This document shows positions 24,736 through 38,149 of a DNA stretch of 64,000 bases, piece after piece. The first letter of the stretch is position 1; each line of letters begins with the position of its first letter. The notes under the pieces are model-generated. The model saw nothing but the letters and a program-made list of their open reading frames with translations, did not search any database and was not told where the DNA came from. Source of the DNA: Chiloscyllium plagiosum (lineage: Eukaryota); the NCBI RefSeq assembly GCF_004010195.1, contig NC_057719.1:53625282-53689281 (forward strand), read 5' to 3'. A program made the position numbers and the translations under genes.

Positions 24736-25602
24736 ATCTTCCTTTCAAAATGAAAAATTGCTTGCGGATAATGCAAGCTCCAATTTGCTTGTGGGATTTA
24801 CAGTTTCGGGGTTAGGAAGTCACTTTGTGAATAGTGATCAAAGGAATGTTAAAGAGCAATTATTCAAAGTTCATTTTGATTCCACATCCAACATTCTACA
24901 GTTTAGTTTATGCTCCAAACAAAACTCTGTATCGTAATTTCCAGAATTATTGCCCTTGCCTCAGCTAATTCTCATTTTCTATGCTGAACTTTAGTCTCAG
25001 CACAGCTCTTATTCTACACCATTCTGACTCTTCTGAAACATAACAATAGAAATTACTTTCTAAAAATGATGTTAATAACTCTCCAATACCCTTGAGTTTG
25101 AAATTTTCTATTACCACCACAGCGCTAGATCATTCTGTCTTGTTATGTTTGCAGGTATTAGCAGGGCAATCAAGTATTTCCTAAATAGGAATGTGAATTT
25201 TAGCTTGCCTATTATTGCTTTTCAAAAGTCCAAATTAAGAAGTAACATTCAGGGTGATGTACCCTGAGACATCTGTAGCTTAAGGCAAATACAGGTCACC
25301 TAACACAATATGCACATTCATTCATTGCCCTGATCTCCACCTTTTTGAGTTTACGTAATGAAGTTTAGATTTTGTGTTGTAGCAATTGTGCTGTCTATAA
25401 GACATTCATTTATATCAGGGAATTAGTATAATAACATCACTGAATGCATGGAAGCCATAAAACATCAGAATATACCGAGCAAATGTGACCAAACCACTTT
25501 AAATTCTTCTGGAATATCTCTATTTCTTGTAATCTCATGTTTTCCTTCCTTTCTGAGCTCCTTTAAGAATATAGGAAACACTTACTGCTGTTTGTGAACA
25601 CT

Positions 25603-25718
25603 TTCCCTCAGAATCGTGTCATTTTTAAATCTTCTGCCATCATTCTAGAGCTGTCATCACTCTCAGAGTTGTCTGGTCTTTTAAACCATTCTGCTAACAT
25701 CCTATGTCTCAAAATACC
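25603..25718. repeat. Source of a 116-bp inverted duplication at 20201-20316
   Basis: The reverse complement aligns along its whole length; ORF-track peptides FPQNRVIFKSSAIILELSSLSELSGLLN and FPQNSVIFRSFIIILEPLSLSELSGLLN reflect this. Confidence 0.9.
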
Positions 25719-26871
25719 TTTGCACACAACTGATTTATTTGTGGCTGCCTTATGTAGCAGTCATGAAGACATTCAGGCATTGATGCTCATCTGTTGCAAC
25801 CTGTCAATTATTTTCCCACCACTGATTTCCTGGAATTTCAATGCATCACTGTCGGAAGAGAGTTAAAAGCAGTAAAGGATGACCAGCTGTTCCACCTATT
25901 AATGGAAATGCAACTGCTGCTGCCACCAGTTGCCCATAAATATCCACATAAACTGAATTTGAGATTATTCTCGTGATCATTAAGGTACTTCAATAACAAC
26001 AACCACACACATTTTTAATTGGTACGTATTTTGACAGGAAAAGGATAAAGCACACAATCCGTGAATAAACAAAGTAATGTGATTTACTTTGTTTACTAAT
26101 CGGAAAGGAGTTGATAAATTAAAGCAAATGAAATGTCAAAAAGCAAGAGATGAAAGAAAAAAACAAAAAAAGAGAATCAAAAACTGGCAGACAAAGATGC
26201 TCAAGTAGGATTTAATTATGTCTTCATGAGCTGTCAGCAAGCTGTGACAGCATTTAGGCGTCACAAGAAGACAAAATTAGATATTGCATTACGCTATGGG
26301 TCTTGGTTCTCAACACTGCTATGACTCATTTGTGTTTTTCCAATGCCACTAATAATTCCTGTTGCCCCTTTATTCTTTACTAGTTTAAAAGCACTTCTTT
26401 AGATTGAAAAACTCTTCTTACTTTTTCCAAAGGCACTATTTATGTCATAGGAATTTTCCTCATTCAAGTTTATTTTTTATTTCAACCATCACACAGGTCT
26501 TTTTTTCATTGACAAACCCATGCAACTGATGTGTTTTCTTTGTTTCCTTCATAAACCTTCTCAATATTGTAGATTTCTCAATATAGAGTTGGTTCTTTTT
26601 AAAAAATCATATTTGAATGACCGTTCTATTACATTTATTATGGGAGTGATACATTTCATGGAAAATAATTTTAAAAACTTGCATTATCTGCTCCTCCTTC
26701 AGATAGCGCTACAAGAGACTCATTAGATGTTAAAGGTATCATTGTGTAACAGAAGAGCGACTAATTTATGCAGACACCATCAGTCACCCTGTTACTCAAT
26801 AATCTAACTTCTTATATTCTACAAAATTTAGCAATTGTGTTCAAAGTAAGGGCTGTGGAGAGAAAGAGTGC

Positions 26872-27394
26872 AACTGGTCTCCTTCCTATTGGAAAGATGT
26901 TGTGAAACTTGAAAGGGTTCAGAAAAGATTTACAAGGATGTTGCCAGGATTGGAGAATTTGATCTACAGGGAGAGGCTGAACAGGCTGGGGATGTTTTCC
27001 CTGGAGTGTCGGAGGCTGAGGGGTGACCATATAGAGGTTTACAAAATTATGAGAGGCATGGATAGGATAAATAGACAAAGTCTTTTCCCTGAGGTTGGGG
27101 AGTCCAGACCTAGATGCCATAGGTTTAGGGTGAGAGGGGAAAGAAATAAAAGAGACCTAAGAGGCAACTTTTTCACACAGAGGGTGGTATGTGTATGGAA
27201 TAAGCTACCAGAGGAAGTAGTGGAGGCATATACAATTGCAACATTTAAGAGGCATTTGGATGGGTATATGAATAGGAAGGGTTTGGAGGGATTTGGGCTG
27301 GGTGCTGGCAGGCGTGTCTAGATTGGGATATCTGGTTGGCATGGATGGGTTGGATCAAAGGGTCTGTTTCCATGCTGTACATCTCTATGACTCT
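26872..27394 (+). mobile_element. CR1 3' fragment
   Basis: ORF 26902-27321 (LERVQKRFTRMLPGL...FFTQRVVCVWNKLP); tail ctctatgactct. Confidence 0.93.
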
Positions 27395-28519
27395 AACAGC
27401 CATTATTGAGCCAGGTGTCAGGGAAAAAGAATTACAATTGAACTAAGAGAGAGAAAAAAACAAAACATATTTTCAGTGTATGTTAATACAATTAGCAGAA
27501 AAAGAAAAAGCCTAATTTTGTATGCTAACTATATCTCCAGATTACTTTGCTCAGTAACTTTTATTCAAGCAATTAAAACATTATTTAAAAATAAATTTCA
27601 AAAGCTCCATTGAGGTAAATTTGTGTATTTTAGCTTAAACATGAAGGTTGATCATAAGTGAAGGTATGAGGGAATAAATAGAAGTAGGTCTTCTTGAGAC
27701 TGCAGAGCTGAACTCTGGGGAAATGCTGACAGAATCATGGGAATTCGTGAAACACCAACTGTTATGCTTTGCAATCAAAGAAAGGATTTAGTCTAAAGCC
27801 AAATCCTAACATTCCAGAATGCATTCATGCACTCCTGAAGATAAGAGCACATGATCCTATTTTAAAAAAGAGCTGCCAATGACTACAGCAGCATGAGAGT
27901 TACTTTGTCAATCAGGATACAACACACATGCCAGTGCTACCATTTTTAAACCCCACATTTCTCAGACAAGCTGAACTCTGCTATATAAAGGAATTGTGGA
28001 CTATATGTAAATAATATTTTGGAGCATTCCTCTGAATGGCTAACATTTGAATATTTGACAGGAAGTAGTCTGACTTATGGTGAAATACTCTTCTGTTCAG
28101 ATTATAGTTTGTGCTGAAGCAAGTTAGTCCAAACATGGATATTCTGCTGACAATTACTTTGGGAGTTAAGCAAGAGCAGCAAAATGATGAGAGACCTTGT
28201 AGAGTAGGGCAAGGGAAGGAAGAGGAGGACAATGAAGGGGATAAGGAAATGAGGCCATATTTGCCAAATGTCTGAGAGAGCAATTCCATTCCGAGATTTC
28301 ACAAACAGCAGAAATAATTTCTATCTCCCTATGCAATCAAGTCACTCCATTAGCTTGGAAATTTCAATCAAATCAGGCATTAAACTTTGGGAAATCTGGA
28401 GATGAATTAGTTGCCACAGAATTCCAAGTATCTTATAAAAATCACTCTCATCAACAAATATCCCCAACTCTCTTCTTTTGCTATTACACTTTACAATTCA
28501 ATGAAGCTTGTTGTGCATT

Positions 28520-28960
28520 ATCTGTCCTACGGAATACCCTCCACTTGTTTGAATAGGTGCAACTGCACCAACACTTAAGGAGCTTGATCTCATCTCGGAC
28601 GAAGGAGCTCATTTGAGTGGTACATCTATTCATTATTGATAAATTCCGCATGTGTGTATTATTTATAAGATGCCTTTAAGCAATTTACCAAAGTTCCTTC
28701 AGTAGCACCTCCTACACTCAATACCTCCACCACCCAGAAAGTCCAAGAGATAGGTGCATTGGCAAAAGCATCACAATCAAGTTTCCCTCGAAGTCCCACA
28801 CTGTCCTGACTTAAGCATGTATTCGTTGTGATTTGGCTATAATCCTAATGCTAGAACTCTCTGCCTCACAACATTTTGGGTACCTTCATCACACAAATTT
28901 AGCAGTTCAAGAAGAAAACCTACTATCTCTTTCAAGGGTAACTAGAAATGGAAAACAAAT
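28520..28960 (+). mobile_element. Degenerate 3' part of the second LINE family
   Basis: Similar to 41380-41850. Confidence 0.5.
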
Positions 28961-30589
28961 GAAAGTATGGTTAGCTTCACTTTCTGTGGATACTTTTTAA
29001 AAATATCGTATGAAATCACTCTTAATTACTGAAATAGACATTGTCCATATGTACTGTGAATAGGTACTTTATGTGTCTAGCACAATTTATAGCTACATAT
29101 ATAAAATTACTATTGCAAATTCTGCTTTGGGGTCTGTTGTGTTTTAATATTCTTTCCTCTGAATCCCAAATTGACTTGAACAATTTCAGCATTGAATATT
29201 ACATCAGCATCCAGAACATATTAAAGTTGAATTGTGCCATTGCTTCTTACAAATATATAGTTTCCTTCATGACAAAACATTTTTAATGATCAACACATCT
29301 TTGGTTTAAGCTGTATAATGTGAGATGTTGTCATCTGGAATCATGGTCCAAATGATAAAGGAGCAGGTGAATGAGGAGATACAAGTGCTAATTAAGCCCA
29401 TAATGTGAAAAACCCTGTTTAAGATCATTTCGAATGATAAATGGTCAAAGTTTCCACCCACCCATGCTGGAAGCAAAGAAGCAGCTGCATGCAACACAAA
29501 GGAACATCAAGGGAGTTTTTTTTTGCAGTAGTCTAATCCTCCATTCTGATTTTGCTTTATAACCTAGCACAGTAAGAAAAAAATTATCCCATGTACATCA
29601 GTTTACAATTTTTTTTTCGCAGCAAACTTAAGTTCAAAGAATTGACTTTCATTTTGCAAACATTCAATATTTTAGTAAACTGTTAACCAAAAAGAGTCGT
29701 ACTTTTTAATCACTTTGTGAATTCAAATGTATTTGTGCATGTTACACCAAATGCAGTCCTTTATTTTTCATGATGACAAAATCTTTATTACAATTGTTAA
29801 AGCCCTGGTGCACAAATTGAATTTTCTTCACTTTTACTGGTGCATCAAGTCATGATGCAGCACGAACATCATTTCTCTTTTCAGAGTAAGTCAGTATTCT
29901 CCACCCAAATGTCATTAACTTGCAAACATGAGTGGTTGCATAGTTGAAAGCAAACGCAGACACGTTTTCAGACAGTCTTCTGTTTATCAGCAGGCTAACT
30001 TGGATACTCAGCCAGGAACACAGGTCAAAAATAATTGGAATGTGAAGTGTATTTGTTAATGCAACAGAACACCTACATTTTCACATTTCAATTTCTTTCA
30101 GTTAAAAATCTCCTGCATCAACAATAACCATTTCATGGCTGAACTTACCCAATTAATTTTGTGGCAAAGAATCACAATCTGTCATTAAACATTGATCCAT
30201 CACTGTAGGAAATACTAACTTCCCTCTTTGTCAAATAAGTGAGACAATAATGCAAAGCTTAAGAGTTATCAATCGTAACTAACAGGTAAGATGCTGCACT
30301 GTTACAAGTGCACAAAGTCATGTAAACAAGCTGGATGTGGAAGGTTCACTTGTTTGTTCTTTTTGGGAAAGAGCATCTGAAACTAAAGTTAGTAATAGTT
30401 CAAGAAATAAAAGGTACAGCAAAACAGATTTAACAAAATGCGCATATGACAGGAAACAGAGTAGTGGTGAATTATTGTTGTTCAGACAAGAGGAAAATTT
30501 GTATTGTATTTTTCTGTCGGTGTTAAGACAGGTGCACTTCATGATAAAATAATAACATAGACTTTGGTGTACAGGGCACAATTTCAGAA

Positions 30590-32060
30590 TGTAAAGGTGA
30601 TGCAAAACTTGGAAATATTGTGAACCCTGAGGAAGATACCTTAAATATTTAAAGAGGTATAGGCAAGTTGGGGAAATGGGTTAACAAATGTCAAATGAAT
30701 TTTAATGCAGAGAAGTGTGAAATGATTCATTTGGTCAGAACACTGCAGAGAGACAATATAAAAGAAAAATTATAAAAAAAAAGAGTTGCAGGTGCAGAGG
30801 AACTGGGTGAATATTACATAAATAATTGAAAGTGGCAGGATGAGAGCCTAAAGCTTATGACTTCCTGGACGATATCCATAGGGCATGGAGAACAAAAATC
30901 AGAAGGTTATGTTAAACCTGGCCAAAACACAAGTTCAGCATGAAAAGGAGAATTACATCCAATAGACAATAGACAATAGACAATAGGTGAGGAGTAGGCC
31001 ATTCAGCCCTTCGAGCCTGCACCGCCATTCAATATAATCATGGCTGATCATTCCTAATCAGTATCCTGTTCCTGCCTTATCTCTATAACCCTTGATTCCA
31101 CTATCTTTGAGAGCTCTATCCAACTCCTTCTTAAATGAATCCAGAGAGTGGGCCTCCACTGCCCCCTGTGGCAGAGCATTCCACACAGCCACCACTCTCT
31201 GGGTGAAGAAATTTCTCCTGAGCTCTGTCCTAAATGGTCTACCCAGTATTTTTAAGCTACGCTGCACTCCCTCAATAGCTAGAATGTCTTTTCTCAAATT
31301 TGGAGACCAGAACTGCACACAGTATTCCAGGTGTGGTCTCACCAGGGCCCTGTGCAGCTGCAGAAGCACCTCTTTGCTTCTCTACTCAATTCCTCTTGTT
31401 ACGAAGGTCAGCATGCTATTAGCCTTCTTCACTACCTGCTGTACCTGCATGCTTGCCTTCATTGATTGGTGTACAAGAACACCCAGATCTCTCTGTACTG
31501 CCCCTTTACATAAATTGATTCCATTGAGGTAGTAGTCTGCCTTCCTGTTCTTGCTACCAAAGTGGATAACCATACATTTATCCACATTAAACTGCATCTG
31601 CCATGCATCTGCCTACTCACCTAACTTGTCCAGGTCACCCTGTAATCTCCTAACATCCTCATCACTTTTCACCCTGCCACCCAGCTTTGTATCATCAGCA
31701 AATTTGCTAATGTTATTGCTGATACCATCTTCTGTATCATTAACATATATTGTTCTGGGCACCGTATTTTAGGAAGAATGCAAAGGTGTTAAAGAGGGTA
31801 CAAAAATGATTAATCTGTATAGTTCCAGAGATGAGAAAATTCAGTCATGTAGAAATATAAGAAAAGTTGGGATTATTCCCCTTGGAGAAGAGAAACCTGC
31901 AGGGATGATTTGACGGAAGTATTCAAAATCATGAAGGATCTGGAGAGAGTAGATGGGGGAAATGTTTTCCTATTAGTAGAAGTATTGAGAATCAGATTTA
32001 AAGCAATTGGAAAATGAAGCAATGTTAATGTGGAAAAATACATTTTCACACTGTTGGAAT
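30590..32060 (+). mobile_element. Old CR1 fragment split by a younger CR1
   Basis: aaatgtcaaatgaattttaatgcagagaagtgtgaaatgattcattt (W-Q-M-x-F-N motif region); resumes at 31752 with gttctgggcaccgtattttagg. Confidence 0.7.
30961..31751 (-). mobile_element. CR1 3' fragment (different subfamily), internally deleted
   Basis: LVRPHLEYCVQFWSPNLRKD; (ctattgt)n tail at 30961-30985; jump EGVQR|SLKILG. Confidence 0.9.
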
Positions 32061-32269
32061 CTGATGATGAGCAATGTATCGCTCTTTCCTTTTTGTACCT
32101 CTATCATCTTGGTTGGCCACCACAAAGATTTTTAAGTTCTTTTTACAGGCAGGTACCTACCACTTCAATTAAAACAGCGCTCTAGATCAAAATGAAACAG
32201 TCAACTACAAGGTTTTCTTTGGTGAAAGAAAATTTTCTACTAACTAAGCATGAGAAAAATCATACAATG

Positions 32270-34555
32270 TGACTGGAGGAGGAGGGTACACTAATATCTC
32301 CATCCTCAATGATGGAAGAGCCTAGAACATCGGTTCAAAGGATAGGGCTGAAGCATTCACAGTAATCTTTGGCCAGAAGTGCAGAGTGAATGATCAATCT
32401 CGGCCTCCTCCAGTGGTCTCCTGCAACACAGATACTTTTCTGCAGCCAATTTGATTCACTGCACGTGATATCAAGAAACTGTTGGAGACAGGGGATATTG
32501 TAAATAAGCTACAAGTCTTGACAATAATACTGAAGACTTGTGCTCCAGAACTTCCTGCTCCTCTAGCCAAATTTCCAAATCAGTTTCAACACTAACATGC
32601 ATCCAAAAATGTGGTGAATTGCCTACGTATAATCTGAGTACAAAAAGCAGGACAAGCCCGACCCAACCAATTGCCACCCCATCAGTCCACTCTGATTCAT
32701 CAGTAAAGTAACGGGAGGTATCATCAACAGTGCTATCAAGCAGCACCTGCTCAGCAATAACCTGCTCAGTGATGCCCAGTTTGGGTTCAGCTAGAGCCAC
32801 TCAGCTCCTGACCTCATTACATCCTTGGTTCGAAAATGGACAAAAGAGCTAAATTCCAGAGGTGAAAGTGACTGCCGTTGACATCCAACGAATGTGGCAT
32901 CCAGGAGCCCTAGCAAAACTGGAATCAGTTGGAATCAGTGGGTATCAGGGGGCAAACTCTCTGCTAGTTGGAGTCATATCTGACACAATGAAAGATGATA
33001 GTTTTTGTTGAAGGTCAGTCATCTCAGCTCCAGGACATCTCTGCACGAGTTTCTCAGGGTAGTGTCCAAGGCCCAGTCATCTTTAGCTGCTTCATCAATG
33101 ACCTTACCTTTATCATAACATCAGAAGTAGGGATTTTCACCAATGTTAGCGCAATGTTAAGCATAATCGAGAATCCTCAGACACTGTGGCAGTCTATATT
33201 CAAATGCAACAAGATCTAATCAGTATCTAAGCTTAGGCTGACAATTGGCGAAAATATTTGTGCCACACAAATGCCAGGCAATGACCATCTCAAATTAGAG
33301 ATAATCTAATGACATGCCCCATGACATTCAATTCCATATCATCACAAAATCCCCCACTATCAAAATACTGAGGTTTACCACTGACTAGAAGCTTAAATGG
33401 GTTCACTACATGAACAGAATGGCGACAACAGCAGGTTAGAGGCTAGGTCTACTATGGCAAGTAATTCACCTCCTAACTACCCAAAGCCTGATCACCATCT
33501 ACAAGGCACAAGTCATGAGTGTGATAGAATATTTCCGTCTGGGGACCAAGTGTAGTGTGTCAAAATTCACAGATGACACGAGGATGAATTGTAGAGCAAA
33601 GTGAGCAGAGGACACTGAAAGTCTGCCGAGGGATATCAATAGGTTAAGTAAGTGGACAAGGGTATGGCAGATGGAGTACAATGTTAGTAAATATGAAGTC
33701 ATACATTTTGGTCGGAATAACAGCAAAATGGATTATTATTTAAATGCTGTGCAGAGGGACTTGGGTGTCCTTGTGCATAAATCATAAAAAGTTGGTATGT
33801 AGTTGCAACAAGTAATTAAGAAGAGAAATAGAATATTGTCCTTCATTGTTCGAGGGATGGAGTTTAAAAACAGGGAGATGCTGGTGAGGCCACACCTGGG
33901 ATACTGTGTACAGTTTTGGTCTCCTTACTTGAGGAAGGATGTACTGGCATGAGAGGGAGTGCAGAGGAAGTTCACTAGGTTGAGATGGTTGGCTTATGAG
34001 GAGAGATTTCGTAAACTGGGACTATACTCTTTGGAATTTAGAAGAATGAGGAAGGATCTTATTGAAACATACAAAATTATGAAGGGAACTGACAAGAGTG
34101 AAGCAGGGAGGTTGTTTCCACTAATGGGTGAAATTAGAACCAGAGGGTATTGCCTCAAAACAAGGGGGAGCAGATTCAGGATTGAGTTGAAGAGGAACTT
34201 CTTTACCCAAAGGGTTGTGAATTTGTGGAATTCCCTGCCTAGTGAAGCATTTGAGGCTAACTTTTTGTATGTTTTTAAGACAAAGATAGATTTGTGAACA
34301 GTAGTGGAATTAAGGGTTAAAGTGAGCAGGCGGGTAAGTAGAGCAGAGTTCACATAAAGACAGCGACAATCTCATTGAATGGCGGAGCAGAATCAATGGG
34401 CCAGATGGCCTACTCCTGCTCCAATTTTTATGTTCTTGAGTGTTGCCTGAATGGCTGCAGCTCCAACAATACTCAAAATGTTTGACACCATCCTGGATGA
34501 AGCAGCCAGTTTGATTCTCACCACATCTACAAGCATCTATTCTGTCCATCACTGA
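32270..34555 (+). mobile_element. Second LINE family (CR1/L2 clade) RT region, split by a CR1 at 33540-34438
   Basis: VSQGSVQGPVIFSCFINDL RT motif; aataacctgctcagtgatgcccagtttgggttc; resumes at 34440. Confidence 0.8.
33540..34438 (+). mobile_element. CR1 3' fragment
   Basis: LGLYSLEFRRMRKDLIETYKIMKG...FFTQRVVNLWNSLP; tail ggcctactcctgctcc. Confidence 0.9.
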
Positions 34556-35009
34556 CTAAATTATTTAAAAGCACTTTCATCTCTTAAAGAGGAGGTGCTC
34601 TTGGTATATACCACTCCTTTGTGTGTTTGAGGCTGAACAATACAGTTTTTATATGACTATTGCAAGAAAACCCAGGTCGAAAAATAATTTTATGATCAGA
34701 TGGGGAGTAATAGAATGGCTCTCCTTTGTTCTTATTCCTAATTTGAACACAACAATGTTTTGACAAATTGAATATTTGACAATTAAGTGTGGTTAACTGT
34801 TCAATTGTTGTGACTGTAAAAAACCCACACACTGATTATCTTTTAAATTTTTAAAAGTAAAAAAGAACGGTGTCTTGCTACTGCAGGGGTGAAAGAGAAA
34901 GATGGATACCTCCAATTCTTCATCACTTCTTCTGCAATCAGAATGGTTTAACGTTAGTAAGTCTGAAGTGTGTTTTGAAGTGCTCATTAGTGAGTGGTCA
35001 ACCTAGATG

Positions 35010-37064
35010 AGTATGCCACCATTGTCACCAACTTCATTGGTAAGCATTTGAGGACTGCATTCCAAAGAGGTCAATCTGTACATTCCTCAGCCGGAAGCCT
35101 TAGATGAACCGGGAAATTCATTGCCTACTGAAGACCAGGCGTGTGGTATTCAAGTCGATGACCCAGATCTTTACAGGAAATCCAGATGTGACCTCCACAA
35201 GGCCAGTAGAGATGCCATGAGATAGTACTGGACAAAGTTAGAGGCCCAAACCAACCACAGAGACACCAAACCCCTGTGACAGGTCCTATACAAAATAACG
35301 GATACAAAAGAAACAGATCAAAATAGCGGACAAAGACACAACCCCCCTGATGCTTTCTATAGTCAGTTCGAGCAGAATGCCAGTGCCGCAGTGACCCCTG
35401 CCCAGACAGCCCCAGACACAGCTGTTCTCTGCATCATTGCTGTAGACATCAGATCGGTCTTCCCAGCAGTCAAGCCAAGGAATGCAGAACACCCAGACAG
35501 AGTGCCCAGCAGTACTCTCAGATCCTATGTGGACCAACTGGTGGGAGTCACTGACATTTTTAACCTTTCCTTGTTATAATCTGAAGTCTCCACCTGCTTC
35601 AAGAAGACCACTATCATCCCAATACCAAAGAAAACACATGCAACACGCCACAGTGACTACTGCCCAGTGGCTCTGACCTCCATAATCATGAAATACTTCG
35701 AGAGGCTGGTCATGGTCCACATCAGCTCCAGCCTCCCAACATGCCTCAATCCCCTGCAATTTACACAACAGGTCCACAGCAGACACCATTTCCTCAGATG
35801 TACAGTCATCCCTACAACATCTGAACAATAAAGATACTTAATACTAGCAGTAGATTTTCATGGAACTAAATAGAATAATTATTTATTCACAAACAAACAC
35901 TCAACCTGAAAATATTTATTCATACATCAGGCTTCCGCTTACTGACTACAGCTCCACTTTCAACACTACAATCTCAACCAGACTAATCTCCAAACTCTGA
36001 GACCTACTTCTCGGCTCTGCCATATGCAAATGGATCCTCAGCTTCCAAACTCACAGACTGCAATCGGTGAAGATAGACAGTAGCACATCTTCCCCGATAA
36101 TCCTCAACACCAGAGACTCACAAGGATGCATTCTCAGCCCCCTTCTGTGCTCTCTGTACAATCACAAATGTGTGGCCAAACATCATCTGAACACCGTCTA
36201 CAAGTTTGCTGATGACACCATCATTGTTGACCAGATATTAAACAATGACGAGTTAGAATACAGGAAGGAGATAGAATGTTTGGTGATGTGATGTAGTGAT
36301 AACAATCTCTCCCTCAATGTCAGCAAAACAAAAGAACTGTTCATTGACTCCCAGGGAGAAAGGACAAGGAGGACACTCCCCCATGTATATCAATAGAGCT
36401 GAGGTGGAAAGAGTGGATCGCGTCAAGTTCCGAGGAGTGACGATAACCAGCAATCGGTCTTGGTCCTCCCACGCAGGTGTTACAGTCAAGGAGGCATAAT
36501 AACTCCTCTTCATCCTCAGGAGCCTCATGGCTATAAGGACCCCCCATCAACTTTTATAGATGCACCATGGGAAGCATTCTATCTGGCTGCATAACAGCTT
36601 GTTCTGGCAACTGCTCTGCCCAGGACCGTAAGAAACAACAGAAAGCTGTGAACACAGCCCAGACCATCACAGAAGCCGACCTCCCATCCATGGACTCCAT
36701 CTACACATCTCATTGCCATGAAAAGGCAGCCAGCATCAAAGACACCTCCCAGCCTGTTATATTATCTTCTAACCTCTTCCATCAGGCAGAAAATACAGAA
36801 TACAAAATACATGTGCCAACAGGTTCAAGAACAGCTTCTTTCCCACTGTTATTAGGCTGGTGAATAGAACTATCTAGTTTTAAATCTAAGTTGGTCTTGC
36901 TTTTATGCACCTCCAGTGCAGCTGTAACCTTGTTTCTCTTGCTCTGTCTAAACACCCTCTGATCTGCATGTCTTTATATGTTGTGATCTGCCTGTATTAC
37001 GCACAAAATAAAACTTTTCACTCTCCATAGGTATATGTGACAATAATAAATCAAATCAAATCAA
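35010..37064 (+). mobile_element. Decayed Rex1/Babar-type LINE
   Basis: FKKTTIIPIPK, DYCPVALTSIIMKYFERLVM, SQGCILSPLL, YKFADDTIIV, SILSGCITA; 3' end atgtgacaataataaa(tcaaa)n. Confidence 0.88.
35843..35929 (+). repeat. 87-bp copy of 37074-37160 inserted in the Rex1 RT
   Basis: Direct repeat with a few mismatches; splits HLNNKDT|YIRL. Confidence 0.92.
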
Positions 37065-38149
37065 CTAAAAATAACTAGCAGTAGATTTTCATGGAATTAA
37101 ATAGAGGAATTATTTATTCACAAACAAACACTCAACCTGAAAATATTTATCAATACATCAAACACTCAAGAAACACAAAAGAAAGACGCAATTAAAATAA
37201 GGTCTGAACTTCTACCAAATATTAGAACCAAACTGAATAGTGTCTGTAGGAGTCTAATTATGAAAGGAAATCTTACAGTGCAGTTGAAGGCTGGTAAGTT
37301 TAGATGTCTGAACTTCAAACACCTTTCAGTCTCTAGGAGATAAAAGGCTACTTAACATATTGTGTAGGCATCCTTGGATATTCTTATAACCAGAAGACCA
37401 GTTGCAGATAAACTTAGAGTATTATGGTAAACTGGTTCCAATATCGTAAAATAATTCAAGTCATGCTGCTCTTCAAAGGGAAAATGTTACAGTTTGGTTT
37501 CTGCAGTGGTGATCTTACTGATTTGTTTCTGCAGATTGCCTCAGAGTGTCATAACAAAAGGGTCTCAAAATCATGGTACACAATGAAGGCAATTGACAAT
37601 ATTTCACAGTAATGAAGCAATTTTGATCAAAAAGCCATTGATATACAAGGGAATATAGATGGGGGACTCTGGTACTTTATTGTGGGCAAACGTTCTTGGT
37701 AGCTATCCTTTGTTTGCAGGGATAATCCTTTGTTTTGGAGTAAACCTTGACAATAGCAGGCATAGGGTATTACAGAGAGACACTGTTTAGTTAAATCTAT
37801 TTTGGAGTTTTCCAGAAGCTGTCAGGAGACCTAATGGCAGCCAACTTACCATTCATCAGTTTTCACAGCAAGAAAAGAAGTGTTTTTTTTCTTAAAGTTT
37901 AGAATCGTCATGCCTACAGGATATATCAATGTATTTTCCTTGACATCCAATGTAAATAAAAATTAGATTTAAAAAATAGTCTGAACTTCACAAACATAGA
38001 TGCATAATAGGGATCAACATACATATAAGCATTTAAAAAAAGGGGATGAAGAAATAAAAAAGTTCAAAACATCTTGTGCTTTACAAATTCAATAGATTGA
38101 TGCCTTGGATGGTTTCTCGTTGGACTGAAAGGCTTTCCCTCTACTGCAA

